Shown piece by piece: positions 12,827 through 26,380 of a stretch of DNA of 64,000 nucleotides. The DNA is taken from NCBI GenBank assembly GCA_951406725.2, contig OX597816.1:161882001-161946000 (forward strand). Reading direction: 5' to 3'. Source of the DNA: Octopus vulgaris (Eukaryota). The notes under the pieces were generated by a model. The model was not told the origin of the DNA. It saw only the letters and a program-made list of their open reading frames with translations, and did no database searches. The translations under genes were made by a program, and so were the position numbers. Every line of letters begins with the position of its first letter. Positions within the stretch are counted from its first letter, which is position 1.

Positions 12827-13023
12827 TATATACACATAGGAAATTTAGCAAACGCCAGAACGTAAGCGAGCAAGACAAATGAAAAGAAACAAAATGTAGA
12901 TTAATCATAAAGTAGTTTTGCTAAATTTTCTTGAGATCATTCCTTTCTTAGTGGTAAGACCATAGCGGATCAACGTCTAGCATAATGGATGCCCATGTAG
13001 TGGTCATCCCTCTTCTATGTATG

Positions 13024-13054
13024 TAATATGACTTTTCTGAATCTTCAGATATTA
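13024..13054 (-). ncRNA. Hammerhead-like motif lacking stem II
   Basis: Reverse complement: taatat-CTGAAGA-ttca-GAAA-ag-TC-atatta, with a perfect 6-bp stem I. Confidence 0.45.
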
Positions 13055-13109
13055 ATATGGTAGACCACTGGTTTTAAATTGATATTAAGCAAATTAATAT
13101 TCAATTAAA

Positions 13110-13156
<47 letters not shown>

Positions 13157-13569
13157 CATCTATATAAGGTGTGTGCGTATGCATGTGTGTGTATATATAA
13201 TATACTATATTCGTATGGATATATACACACACAGACACACATAAACACATGCGTGCGCGCATGTGTATGCACAAGTGCTAATGTTAAACTATTAAATTAT
13301 AAGATAGAAACAATAGACATCTGAAGATGAAAAGACAATTTTCACAAAATTATTTTTACATGAATCAGATTGAACATATTTAGTTGGCTTGGATATCAAG
13401 CTCTGCCAAGTTTGCAACGTATTTGAAAGATATTCTCATACACCTTAACACCACGAACAAATGATTTTAAAAGGAATGAAATCTTTAGCATTCTTTTACA
13501 CAATAATTCTTATTTTGCATCCTTGCAAATTCCTCGGACGGGGCTGGCTGCTGGTTGATTTAATGATTT

Positions 13570-13930
13570 AGCATTGCAACTAGCTGCTTTTATTAATTAA
13601 TTAGCAATCTTCTAAATCATCCATATAATTTTATGGTAAAAACATATATTCTGGTAGGCGAGGTTGCTCAGAATCTGTGGAACGAGCTGGCCTTACTGAC
13701 GATGGCTACGGAAATAGCCAAAACTGACTCGTCAGTCTAGGGATTTCTTGGTTTTGTGTTCGGGGCAATTACAGCCCTTATCAGAAAGTATGTTATCAGA
13801 AAGCATTGGGGCATTTTAGCTCTTATTTCTAGCAATGTAGGTGTCTTGTACACTCTTAGTCACGTTTAGTTGACGACTATAATTATCATTTACGGTTTGA
13901 TATTGCAACTAGCTGTTTTTATTATTTTTT
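13570..13930 (+). mobile_element. HHR-bearing non-autonomous element, family H1
   Basis: Shares the HHR, the ttgcaac(c/t)agctg motif and the tail agcattttagctcttatttctagcaatgtaggtg with 27455-27980. Confidence 0.7.
13691..13742 (+). ncRNA. Type I hammerhead with a G12-to-A core substitution (probably inactive)
   Basis: cctta-CTGACGA-t-ggcta cggaaa tagcc-AAAA-ctgac tc gtcag-TC-taggg. Confidence 0.75.
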
Positions 13931-14039
13931 TTATTAATGAGGGTTCGACAATTTCTTGCCGAAGAACCACACAGATGATTTATTTATAATGATAAAATGT
14001 TTGTGTAGACATAATCTCACTCCCTCCGTCGACACTACC

Positions 14040-14410
14040 TGTACAGGTATAACGGATGCCAGACCCTAAAGAATGAAAGGCATAGGTGACCTCGGTGGTG
14101 TTTGAACTCAGAACGTCAGGACGTACGAAATACTGCTAAGCGTTTTGTCCGCTGTGGTAACGATTCTTCCAGCTCACCCCACTTCGCTAAAATACTGGTT
14201 GCAAATTTTGGCACAAGGCCAGCAATTTGGGGGAAGGGCTAAGTCGATTACATCCACCCCAGTACTCTACAGATAATTATTTTATTGACCCTGAAAAAAT
14301 GAAAGGCAAAGTCGATATCGGCGGCATTTGAACTCAGAACGGTAAGTGAGACGAAATGCTGCTAAGCATTTTGCCTGGCGTGCTAACAATTCTGCCAACT
14401 CGCTGCCTTC
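14040..14410 (-). mobile_element. Two diverged S2 copies
   Basis: gaaaggcaaagtcga...tttgaactcagaacg...ctaagcattt motifs occur twice. Confidence 0.75.
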
Positions 14411-14559
14411 ACTAAGTTAATCAAAGGCCCTTTCTCTTTTAGTATAATGTAGTAGGATACAGCGGAGAATTAGCTGCACTTTCTAGTAGGTCACTGAAAG
14501 ATCTACCATTGTTTCTGAATATGTCAAGGTTTAGTATGGAAATATCAAGAGGTATTTAT

Positions 14560-14808
14560 TGTTTTGTTTTGTTATTTGTTTCAGTCATTTGACTGCGGCC
14601 ATGCTGGAGCATCGTCTTTAGTTGAAACAAAATCGACCCCAGGACTTATTCTGTGTAAGCCTAGTACTTATTCTATGGGTCTCTTTTGCCGAAACCCTAA
14701 GCTACGGGGACGTGAACACACCATCATCGGTTGTGAAGCGATGTTGGGTGGCGGACAAACACAGACACACAAATATGCACACACACACACACATACACAT
14801 ACACACAC

Positions 14809-14856
<48 letters not shown>

Positions 14857-15023
14857 CATACGACGGGCTTCTTTCAGTTTCCGTCTACTAAATCCACTCA
14901 CAAGGCTTTGGTCAACCCGAGGCTATAGTAGAAGACACTTACCCAAGGTTCCACGTAGTGGGACTGAACCCGGAACCATGTGGTTGGTAAGCAAGCTTCT
15001 TACCACACAGCCACTCCTGCACC
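14560..15023 (-). mobile_element. SINE S1, near full length
   Basis: Matches 3005-3367 over its length. Confidence 0.9.
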
Positions 15024-15420
15024 CATGGTTTACACACAATTATGTCATACACTAGAGTAGCGTATGAGCTAAACACTAAATATTGTTATTCCTTAGTGTA
15101 TCATATAGTGTATTATATATTCCTTAGTGTATTATATAGTGTGGTTCGATTCTCAGCAACGACAAATGACAAATTATGCACGATATAGATCATGAAAGAG
15201 TCACGATAAAAGACGAAGGTTAAATCGACTGGAATGAAAGAGAGAAAGATCCAGCATGAGAGGATACGTATGTACATTTATACACATGCATGCATGCATA
15301 CATGCATGCATACATGCATGCATGCATATATGCATGCATACATACATACATACATACATACATACATACATACATACATACATACATACATAATTATATA
15401 TGTATGTGTATATATATATG

Positions 15421-15471
<51 letters not shown>

Positions 15472-15480
15472 TTATATAAA

Positions 15481-15710
15481 GGCGGCGAGCTGGCAGAAGC
15501 GTTAGCGTGCCGGGCGAAGTGCTTAGCGGTATTTCGTCAGTCGTTACGTTCTGAGTTCAAGTTCTGCCGAGGTCGACTTTGCCTTTCATCCTTTCGGGGT
15601 CGATAAATAAAGTACCAGTTTCGCACTAGGGTCGATGTAATCGACTTAATCCGTTTGTCTGTCCTTGTTTGTCCCCTCTATGTTTAGCCCCTTGTGGGCA
15701 GTAAAGAAAT
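15481..15710 (+). mobile_element. SINE S2, full monomer with tail A
   Basis: ggcggcgagctggcagaagcgttagc...gagttcaagttctgccgaggtcgactttgcctttcatcctttcggggtcgataaa...gtaaagaaata. Confidence 0.9.
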
Positions 15711-15738
15711 ATATATATGTATATACACACACACACAC

Positions 15739-15814
<76 letters not shown>

Positions 15815-16003
15815 GTCTGTCTGTCTGTCTACACATACACACACATACTTAATACATACATACACACACGTATATACATATATGCGTATATGTATTACAT
15901 ATATATAGAAAAAGAAAGAAGTAGTGATAGAAACAGATAGCTAGATAAGTAGATTGATAGAGATGGAGAGAGAGTGAGAAGGAGAGAGAATGAGAGCGTG
16001 TTT

Positions 16004-16061
<58 letters not shown>

Positions 16062-16413
16062 TATATATATATATATATTTATAGAGAGAGAGAAGCTGTC
16101 ATTGTAAATTTCAGGAGAAAATAAAACGTAGAAACCTATATTACACTCGGGTATTTTCTCAAACTTGGAAAATTTCTATGAAACCTATGGAAATAGCTAG
16201 GCTGGGAATCATGAATTATAGAGAGTTGATATGATTCTGATTAAATACGAAATAAAAGCTAGAGGTAAGACGATGACGGGATGCCAGCTAAGGCAATGTG
16301 AAACAACGTAACCTTCATTCCGCTAATGGAAGAGAGAATTGGTTTCTGTTTTATGCGATAATGGTAAAGGTACTGATGACGGTTCTGATAATGGTGGTGG
16401 GCCATTGTGTATG

Positions 16414-16459
<46 letters not shown>

Positions 16460-16661
16460 TGAGCACATGCATATGACTGCTGTGTATGTGATCTCTCACT
16501 TTCTCTCTGCATATATATGTATACAATTACGCACACACCCACATGCACAAGCAGACACACGCTTACACCTCCCACACGCTCACACTCACTCAAACATACA
16601 CACATATACATGGCGTATTTATCAGTCTATCTCTCCCTCTATCTACCTACGTATCTATCTG

Positions 16662-16702
<41 letters not shown>

Positions 16703-16796
16703 CTCTATATATATATATTTGTCTGTCTGTCTATCTATCTGTCTGATGTCTGTCAATATGAGTGCTTTATATTTAGTATCTGTGTGTGAATGTGTG

Positions 16797-16861
<65 letters not shown>

Positions 16862-16865
16862 AGGG

Positions 16866-16914
<49 letters not shown>

Positions 16915-16973
16915 AGGGTTATATATATATGTAGAATGGTTATATATATATATATATATATACACACATGGGT

Positions 16974-17005
<32 letters not shown>

Positions 17006-18842
17006 AGATTATTGTATAACTATGAGTGTATGAGCGTATGAGCGTATGAGTACATGATTATATGTATGCGCAGGTGGATGTGGTAGTGTATTTATGTATG
17101 TATGTAGGAGGGGGTCCCTGCTGGGTCTTATGATGGACAATCGTTAATTTCTGCTTTTTATCATATTTTGATATATAAAAAAAAGAAGAAAAAAATAATA
17201 AAAATAACGTAAAGGACAATAGATATCGTATTCATTCTCGAAAGATTTACGAACTGGAGTGATTGATTAGTGGATGAATGTGGTATGACCTACAAACAAT
17301 TGTTCTCTTTATAGTAAGCCAGCTCTGGGAAAATTAAGCGAATGATGTGAACATGTTCTGACATTTAGTTGAAATCTGAAGGAAATTACTGACCGAGTAA
17401 AGATTTTATGACAATCCCCAAACGTTTATATCATTTTACCTGCTCGTATGAACCCACTTAACTCGGCTCTGCTCCCCAAACCAATAAGCTCGCCATGAAT
17501 TAGTCTGTTGTTACTGCTGCCTTCATATTGATCAATTCGGTGTATCGAAGAATAACGGTGTAAATGTCCTTCTGTTGTCTTAATCTGAGAAGAGTAAACT
17601 AGTTAATTGCTAATCTATAAACCGAACTTATCGAAACTCTCATCCGGCATCATTAAATATTAAACAAGAATGACAATTGTCGTAATAAAACTGTATTTAT
17701 TTCAAGACGGAGTATTTTAATATCTCTGGGAAAATAGATAAGCAACAATTACAACAGCGGGGATGGCGATGGTGATTATCTTAATGATAACAATGTTAAT
17801 AGTAATGGCAGTGATTATACCTACACTCATACATGCACACACACATACACACACGCACGCATACGCATACACGCACGTATGTATGTATATCTATCCATAT
17901 ATATATATATACATATTTATATATATGTGCGTATATACGCGTATATATGTTTATGTATTTATATGTATAAGCATATATATATATAAATATTTGTACAAAT
18001 ATAAATGTATATATATGTATATGTATATATGCATACATATATACGTATAAGTATATATGTACATACATATGCATAATTATATATAGATACGCATATATAT
18101 ATATACGTATAAGTATGTATAAGTATATATATATATATATATATATACGTCTATATATAAGTATGTGTAAATATATATATATGTGTGTGTAGCTAAATAG
18201 ATATAGTCATATATACGCAGATATAGATATATAGTTATCTATGTGTAGCTCTATATGTCTGCTTATCTCTTTTCCACCTATCTGTGTGTTATATGCTCGT
18301 TAACACGACATACAGTACTCAACAGGGAACGTCATAATTTGTCATAACGAGGTTTTTGTCATTAAAGTCCTCAAGATATATTCATATGAATTATAAATTA
18401 TTTGCGGCTAAGACATGAACTGTATAAAGTGAAAGAATAAATAGATGAGTCAACATGTGATACACGATGTACAGGGGATATCCAAAAATTTTAACACGTC
18501 GCAAAACTACCGCTGCCAAACATTCTGCTTCGAGAACTGTATCTCTCATCAGACGGTGTGAATTAATAAGATAGAATCCCCTGAATGACCAGTCGTATAA
18601 GGCAACAGCGACAGAGCTGGTCACAAAATCTTCAAGACGGTGTCCCACCATGGCTGTAGTCTAATGACTGAAACAAAAACGATAAAAGATGAAAAATAAT
18701 GATGTGTGTTTTATATAATTTGAAGGTGAAATTTTGAAATACATTAACTTAAAATTTCATGCATCCGGTTATCAAACAACGTTTCCATGTGGTATTATGT
18801 AAGTTGTTATACAAGTGACGATACATTCAACATTATTGAATA

Positions 18843-19740
18843 CTAGCGGGACCCGTTAATATTTCACGGAATTAATGGTAAAACTATTGAGTTATGTCTC
18901 AAAGCTTTATCCAAAAAACCTGAAAGCGTAGTCTGTGCTGTGTATATATGGAAAGATAGTAGCTCATTTGTTGTTCATTGATAACTGAAAGAGACTGGAA
19001 TATGATGGTTATTTAATGCACTTTATATACACACTCTATAATTTATGCACGATTTTATAGACTTAATACACACCACTGATAAAATAAATATTCAATCTTA
19101 TTTTTCCATTTTTCCCATAAAAATATCGCCGTACATATGATATAACCTTTAGTTAAATTGCACTTATCTGCCAAGTAAATAATAACTCTTTACTCTTTAC
19201 TCTTTTACTTGTTTCAGTCATTTGACTGCGGCCATGCTGGAGCACTGCTTTAGTCGAGCAACTCGACCCCGGGACTTATTCTTTGTAAGCCCAGTACTTA
19301 TTCTATCGGTCTCTTTTTGCCGAACCGCTAGGTGACGGGGACATAAACACACCAGCATCGGTTGTCAAGCAATGCTAGGGGGACAAACACAGACACACAA
19401 ACATACACACACATACATATATATATACATATATCCGACAAGCTTCTTTCAGTTTCCGTTTACCAAATCTACTCACAAGGCTTTGGTTGGCCCGAGGCTA
19501 TAGTAGAAGACACTTACCCAAGGTGCCACGCAGCGTGAATATTTCAAGGAAATGCACTTACGCGCACGCGTAAAGTGATAGGTGATATATAAAGTGATAT
19601 AGTTCAATTAAACAAATTTCACTTGTCATTATTCACTCACTACCTCTCCCCTCAAAAGCGTCCAGCAGCAACGGGGGAATTGCTAAATGTAGATTTGTGT
19701 GTCTGCTACTGATACACATTTGTACTTTTTAATACTATAT
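18843..19740 (-). mobile_element. Possible old non-autonomous Helitron, interrupted by S1 at 19186-19535
   Basis: Reverse-complement 3' end ccgtgaaatattaacgg hairpin followed by CTAG|T at 18843; the 5' boundary is a guess. Confidence 0.35.
19186..19535 (-). mobile_element. SINE S1 lacking most of the head
   Basis: Tail ctctttactctttactcttttacttgtttcagtcatttgactgcggcc and S1 body. Confidence 0.9.
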
Positions 19741-19860
19741 GCCTACACGGGATCTTTCTCAAGTCAAATACCGCAGGTTTATGGTTTTCTACAGTATATC
19801 CACGTTGAGCGAGATATACAGAATGCTATTCTAAAATAACACTGCTGCTGTGGTTAACAT

Positions 19861-19946
<86 letters not shown>

Positions 19947-20025
19947 CGTTTGTAAAAAACATACAAGAGGAGTAGTGTCAAAGATGTAGAGTAGCATATA
20001 TTAAGAATAAGGAAGGCTGGTCTAT

Positions 20026-20086
20026 GGGATTACTTTCGGTTTTCCGTCCCTAAAGTGTTTAGCTTTATGGCGTATCTTCAGACCTC
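20026..20086 (-). ncRNA. Type I hammerhead-like motif (inverted partner of 20324-20384)
   Basis: Reverse complement: gaggt-CTGAAGA-tacgcca...gggacg-GAAAAC-cgaaa-GTA-atccc. Confidence 0.55.
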
Positions 20087-20323
20087 AAAAACTTGTTGGC
20101 TCAAGACCTCGAACCAGGGAACATCGTTAACTCCAGAACAGAGATTTTCGGGCCATGATAACATTTCAGGAGGTTCTTGCTAGCTCTTGGCAGCCCACAA
20201 AATGGAGGCACAGCCGGAAGTCGATAGCCAATAACAAAGGGAAATAATTCCCAACTGTCACCTTTGAGTTGTAAGGTAGTTCCTCCTCCATATTTTTAAG
20301 AGGATTTGGGCCAAAAGATTTTT

Positions 20324-20384
20324 GGGATCTGACGATACGTCACAAAGCTAAACCATTCATTGACGGAAAACCGAATGTAATCCC
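20324..20384 (+). ncRNA. Type I hammerhead-like motif
   Basis: gggat-CTGACGA-ta-cgtca(18 nt)tgacg-GAAAAC-cgaat-GTA-atccc. Confidence 0.65.
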
Positions 20385-20400
20385 ATAAACGGGCCTTGTA

Positions 20401-20431
<31 letters not shown>

Positions 20432-20514
20432 GAATTGAAAACGAAGAGAAGAGTGGAGATTTATTCACATCCAAAACATTTTATTAAGATGTTTTCTACG
20501 ACATATATAATAAT

Positions 20515-20598
20515 GACCGACAATGTTTCAATTGCGGCAGCTACACGTTGCTCCCTATGCAATTATGCATCCTAGCTGCTGCAATTTCATCAAGGGCC
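20515..20598 (-). ncRNA. Hammerhead with a ~14-bp stem II and a one-base core defect
   Basis: Reverse complement: ggcc-c-TTGATGA-aattgcagcagcta(loop)tagctgccgcaatt-GAAAC-att-GTC-ggtc. Confidence 0.6.
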
Positions 20599-20884
20599 CA
20601 TCACTTGCATATATATGAACATATATACATAAATATATATGGACACAAACACACACACACGCACACGGACACATATGTACACATGTATATCGTTCTGGGT
20701 GTGTGCGTGTGCACGTGTGTACGGCGCTTTTCCACACAGTTATCGTTTGCAAAATTCGCGCACGGCATACTTCAGCTTTGGGCTATTATGGAAGACATTT
20801 GTCCATAGTGTTAGGCAGTGTGATTGAAACTGAAGCTCCTTGATCGTGAAGCAAACTTTTTGACCACGCAATCATGATTGCCCC

Positions 20885-21321
20885 TATATACGTGTAGGCA
20901 TATATATATATGCAGTCGTACATTTGCACACACATTCACGCACCCCACCATATAATACACGTACATATATGTATATACACTACGCGCGCATTCTAATATA
21001 TATATGTATATGTGTGTGTATATATATATATGTGTGTGTGTATATATATATATATATATGTACGTATATGTATTATGTATACATATACACACACATAAGC
21101 GTATATACATACGCAAATATATACAAATATATATATGTATATGTATTTATATATGTATATACATACATATATGTATGTACGTATATATATGTATACATAT
21201 ATATACATATATATACACATATATATGAGGACGTCATATATATATATATATGTATGTATATATACACACATACATCCATATATAGATATATATGTACACA
21301 CATACATACATATATACACAT

Positions 21322-21372
<51 letters not shown>

Positions 21373-21380
21373 CACATATG
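20885..21380. repeat. Degenerate TA/CA/TG microsatellite
   Basis: Direct reading. Confidence 0.9.
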
Positions 21381-21559
21381 ACGTCTTAATGGGCCTGTAA
21401 AATGGCGGTCTTATAAAGTGAATCTGCTGCCAAAGTGAGGAAGAGACCACACAGCAAGGTAACTTGATAGTTAATTCCACTTTAAGCTAATGAATCATTC
21501 ATTTATCCGTTGCACACAGGTTCGATATCAAACTATGTCAGCAAGAGTTCTTGTTTTAG

Positions 21560-21906
21560 CTTTTGTCTTATTTCTTCAAATTTTTTGAAACTTCCATTTT
21601 TATTATTTATATCTATGTTTTACTTTCTTGTTTTTTTTTTTTTATCTTTGTTTGTTATATTTACTTTACATTCCCTTCGTCTTTCTAGAAATTTTTCATC
21701 ATATTTTTACATACGCTCCTTCACTTTCCTTCGATTATTCTTCTTTTCATTCCTTTTTCAATTTTCTCTACATTTCAATTTTCTCTACATTTCCTTCCGC
21801 CCTTCTTGTATTTTTCTTACTCTTTTCTTCATTCTATCTTTCCTTTCTCTCTTCCTTCACTTTCTCTTCCTTTCCTTCGTTCTTTCTTTTTTATTCTTTC
21901 ATTCCT

Positions 21907-21956
<50 letters not shown>

Positions 21957-22645
21957 TTCCTTTCTTTTTGTTTGTTTCTTTTGTTTTCTTTCTTTTCTTT
22001 CTTTATTTTCTTTCTTCCTTTCTTTTGTTTTCTTTCTTTCTTTCTTTCTTTCTTTTCTTTTCTTTTTTTCTTTTTGTTTGTTTCTTTTTACTTTCTTTCT
22101 TTCTTTCTTTCTTTTTTTTATTATTATTTCTTTTCGATTGACCCTTTTCTTTGTATTCTTTTGTTGTTTTTTCTTTCCACTGTTTTTCTTTATTGCGTTA
22201 TATTTCTTTTTTCTTTCTTTCCTTCCGTCTTTCTTCTTGTTTTTTCATTCTTTTCTGTTTACGTTTCATTTCTTTCTTTTATTTCACTCCCTCCCTTCTT
22301 TCCTTCCTTCCTTTTCCTTCCTTCCTTCCTTCCCGTCTTTCTTTCTTTTTTCTTATTTTCTTTCCTTCTATCTTTTTCCTCCCCTCCCTACCAATGCTTT
22401 ACTGTTCTCCCTAATTTTATCCTCGTCTTTCTTCTTTCTTCAACCTATTCCGTTTTTCCATCTCGTCTTATTCCTAATCCTCCTCTTCTGCCTTTCTTCC
22501 TCTTTTTCTTTACCCTTCCCCACCAACACTCCTTCGCTCTCCTCATCCCTATCCCCTACTCCACACTCTCTCATTCTTACACCCTTTCTCTCTCTCCTTT
22601 CTCTCTCTACTCACTTCTTCCACTCTTCCCTTCCCATTCTCTGTT
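21560..22645. repeat. ~1.1-kb polypyrimidine (TTTC/TTC-rich) low-complexity tract
   Basis: Direct reading; explains the 385-aa and 355-aa F/L/S-rich ORFs. Confidence 0.95.
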
Positions 22646-23013
22646 ATTTCATATTTATGATGTATAGAATAGAAGTACTTTTACGTAAAACTTAACATAC
22701 ATCTGAGACTCGAAATAAGCTTAAAAGAACTTAAAACCCAGCAATTGTGATTCGTCGCAGCACCATAAAATATGTAAATCAGTACTCTATATACAGAACA
22801 ACTAGTTATCAGAGAATTCAGAATAGCAGAGAGCAGCATAAAATATACAGCAGAGTGGATAATTTCGTGTCTTAATTACATCAGACGCCATTACAGTTTC
22901 AAGAGATTTCGAGAGTGAATGCAGTTGAGTGGATGTGATTTATCGGGGTATGCGATCAAATTTTCTCACCTTTCACTGGAAATACCCACCACCTGCTAGC
23001 TATGAAAAGAAGG

Positions 23014-23051
<38 letters not shown>

Positions 23052-23759
23052 ACAACAAACAGCAACAAAAACAAACAGCAACAACATCACCGTAACAACA
23101 ACAACGACAGCAGCAGCAGCAATAATAATAATAGATGTCTGGTATTTAGGCACAAGGCCGGCAATTTTTAGAGGCGAGGTTAGTCTATGACATCGACCCA
23201 GTACTATACCGGTATTTTGTTTTATCAACCACTGAGTGGGGGGAAAGTAATGTTGACCATAGCGGGATTTGAACACGGAACGTGAAAGTTTGGTAGAAAC
23301 ACTGCAAAATAGTTTTCCTGTTACTATAAAGATACTGTAAATCGACCGCCATTATAATAATGATGCTTCATGTTTTGGTAAAGGACAATAATTTCGAAGA
23401 GAGGAGTTTAGTCGGCATCGTCAACCACCGTGCTTGACTGGTATTAATTTTATCAATCCCAAGAGGATGAGAAGCATTGTTGACCTTAGCGGAATTTGAA
23501 CTTAGAAGGTCGTCGTCTTAGAAGGTAAAGACGAACGAAATGATGCTGTTTTCCGGACACGTACACACATATATAAATACATAGAAACATGCAGACGCAC
23601 TCACACATACACACACACAAATACACACGCACACACACACAAAAATATGCAACAGTTTCTGTAAAGTTTGCGCCATATTTCATTAATAAAGTTCAAGTCA
23701 AGATATTTATATAATAGTTGAAATACTTGCCCAAGATAGTGATATCATGCACAAGTATT

Positions 23760-24050
23760 TTTTTTATCATGGTTAGAACTCGTACTAACGTGGTTGTGAA
23801 GCAAACAGCCAACTTCAAAAGCAAACAGCCAAGCTGCGTCCGTTATTTTAGATGTAAATTTAATAGTTATAAACTTCGTGACTTTGACTGCCACACTGGG
23901 CAGACATCTACCACATTTTCTCAGCGTTTGACTACGCATAATAAAAGCAGATGGAACAATACAAATGAGATAATACAAATATCTGATACAGAATATCATT
24001 GAAGCTAAACGACTGCAAAATATAACACAAAGCACACACATATAGCTTAT
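23760..24050 (+). mobile_element. Highly decayed GIY-YIG-like fragment (Penelope-like)
   Basis: YKLRDFDCHTGQTSTTFSQRLTTH resembles YKFxC..YIGQTxRxFxxRLxEH. Confidence 0.35.
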
Positions 24051-24557
24051 TTTACTTCCAAATTATTGTCAGTCATTACCTTAAAACCATGTTGCTGAAA
24101 AATAAAGATAAAAAAAATCCACTGACGTTAATGGACAGAAAATTTAAAATTCAGTGATAGCAAAGAATAAGCGGAGAAAATAGTGTTTGTATACTTCGTG
24201 ACTATAATAGAAAACACCAATAGCAATCTCTATTAGAGTTCTTACACCGGAAGATATCCAGAAAGTCTCGAAACTTTTACAGAGCTAAGGAATGTTTTAT
24301 TCCAAACAACAGAGTTTAGTGAACGAATAAGTCAATGTAAGAATCCTTAAATAGAAAAACAAAACAAAAAACAAAAAACAAATGTTAAAGTTGAAGCGTA
24401 GTCGTGTTTACAAGGAAATTAAGAACTGTCTCCAACACACACACAGACGCGCGTGCACGCACGCAGTCACGCACGAACACACACACATACATGTATATAC
24501 ATATATAGCTGTATATATAAATACATATATTTATATATATTTATATATACATACATA

Positions 24558-24719
24558 GGCGCAAGAGTGGTTGTGTGGTAAGAAGCTTTCAACCACATGG
24601 TTACGGGTTCAGTCCCACTGAATGGCACCTTGGGCAAGTATCTTCTATTATAGCCTGGGGCCGACCAAAACCGTGTGAATAGATCTGGTAGATCGGAAAC
24701 TGAAAGAAACCCGTCGTGT

Positions 24720-24750
<31 letters not shown>

Positions 24751-25045
24751 CGTATGTATGTATGTATGTATGTATGTATGTATGTATGTATGTATGTATG
24801 TATGTATGTATGTATGTATGTATGTATGTATGTATGTGTTAGTGTATCTGTTTGTCATCCACCATCGCGTGACAACCGATGTTGGCGTGTTTACACTCCC
24901 GTAACTAGCGGTTCGGTAAAAGAGACCGATAGAATAAGTATTAGGCTTACAAAGAATAAGTCCTGTGGTCGATTTGTTCGACTAAAGGCGGTGTTCCAGC
25001 ATGGCCGCAGTCAAATGAATGAAACAAGTGAAAGAATAAAAGAAT
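24558..25045 (+). mobile_element. SINE S1, full length, with (TA)(TATG)n core
   Basis: Head ggcgcaagagtggttgtgtggtaag through tail gaaacaagtgaaagaataaaaga. Confidence 0.9.
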
Positions 25046-25267
25046 GCATAGATATACGCACCTAAACACACACGCAGACACACACACACGCCCGTGCACA
25101 CACTCGCACACACACAGACCTGTGTACATAAATACACTGATAATTACATATACATAGATATACCCAGGCATAAATACATACAAATATGTTTGCTATCATT
25201 TTATATATATTCAAAATGGATGATCGCTCAATACTTTCCAGTTGAGTAACAGTTACATCTTATATGT

Positions 25268-25626
25268 GGAGGCGCAACGGCCCAGTTTTAGTAGCAGCGG
25301 ACTCGCGGTCGTGGGATCGCGGTTTCGATTCCCAGACCGAGCATTGTGAGTGTTTATTGAGCGAAAACCTCTGAAGCTCCTCGAGTCTCCAGCAGGGGAC
25401 CGTGGTGAACCCTGCTGTACTCTTTCATCACAACTTTCTCTCACTCTTTCTTTCTGCTTTCGTTGTACCTGTATTTCAAACTGTCACACACTGTATCACG
25501 CTGAATCTTCCCGAGAACTACGTTGAGGGTACACATGTCTGAGGAGTGCTCAGCCACTTGCACGTTAATTTCACGAGCTGGCTGTTCTGTTGATCGGATT
25601 AACTGGAACCGTTGTCGGAGTGCCAC
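25268..25626 (+). mobile_element. SINE family S3b (tRNA-like head)
   Basis: ggaggcgcaacggcccagttttagtagcagcggactcgcgg...ggtttcgattccc; same family as 61878-62440. Confidence 0.85.
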
Positions 25627-25905
25627 GCTTTATATATAGAATATGTGTACTATATGTATGTATGCATGCATATGTGCATGTATATATGTATATATATGCA
25701 TGTTTATGCGTGAAGTTTCACATCACTTTATCTCATGAAGATGACAGATAATTTCGCGCGCATTTGTGTTTTTCTCTTAATCTTCTATTCTTTTACTTGT
25801 TTCAGTCATTTTGACTGCGGCCATGCTGGAACGCTCGTCGTCGTAACCGACGGAGTGCAATATCATCTTATTTATGCAACGAAAAGGTTTATCGTTACTT
25901 CGAAT

Positions 25906-26380
25906 ACCTACCTACCTACCTACCTACCTACCTACCTACCTACCTACCTACCTACCTACCTACCTACCCACCTACCTACCTACCCACCTACCTACCTACC
26001 TACCTACCTACCTACCTACCTACCTACCCACCTACCTACCTACCTACCTACCTACCTACCTACCTACCTACCTACCTACCTACCTACTTACCTACCTACC
26101 TACCTACCTACCTACCTACCTACCTACCTACCCACCTACTACCTACCTACCTACCTACCTACCTACCTACCTACCTACCTACCTACCTACCTACCTACCT
26201 ACCTACCTACCTACCTACCTACCTACCTACCTACCTACCTACCTACCTACCTACCTACACACCTACCTACCTACCTACCTACCTACCTACCTACCTACCT
26301 ACCTACCTACCTACCTACCTACCTACCTACCTACCTACCTACCTACCTACCTACCTACCTACCTACCTACCTACCTACAT
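25906..26380. repeat. (CCTA)n tetranucleotide array, ~470 bp
   Basis: Direct reading. Confidence 0.97.

Noticed and set aside
21510-22695. 385-aa and 355-aa ORFs resembling membrane proteins
   Set aside because: They are translations of a polypyrimidine tract, open in several frames because stops need purines.
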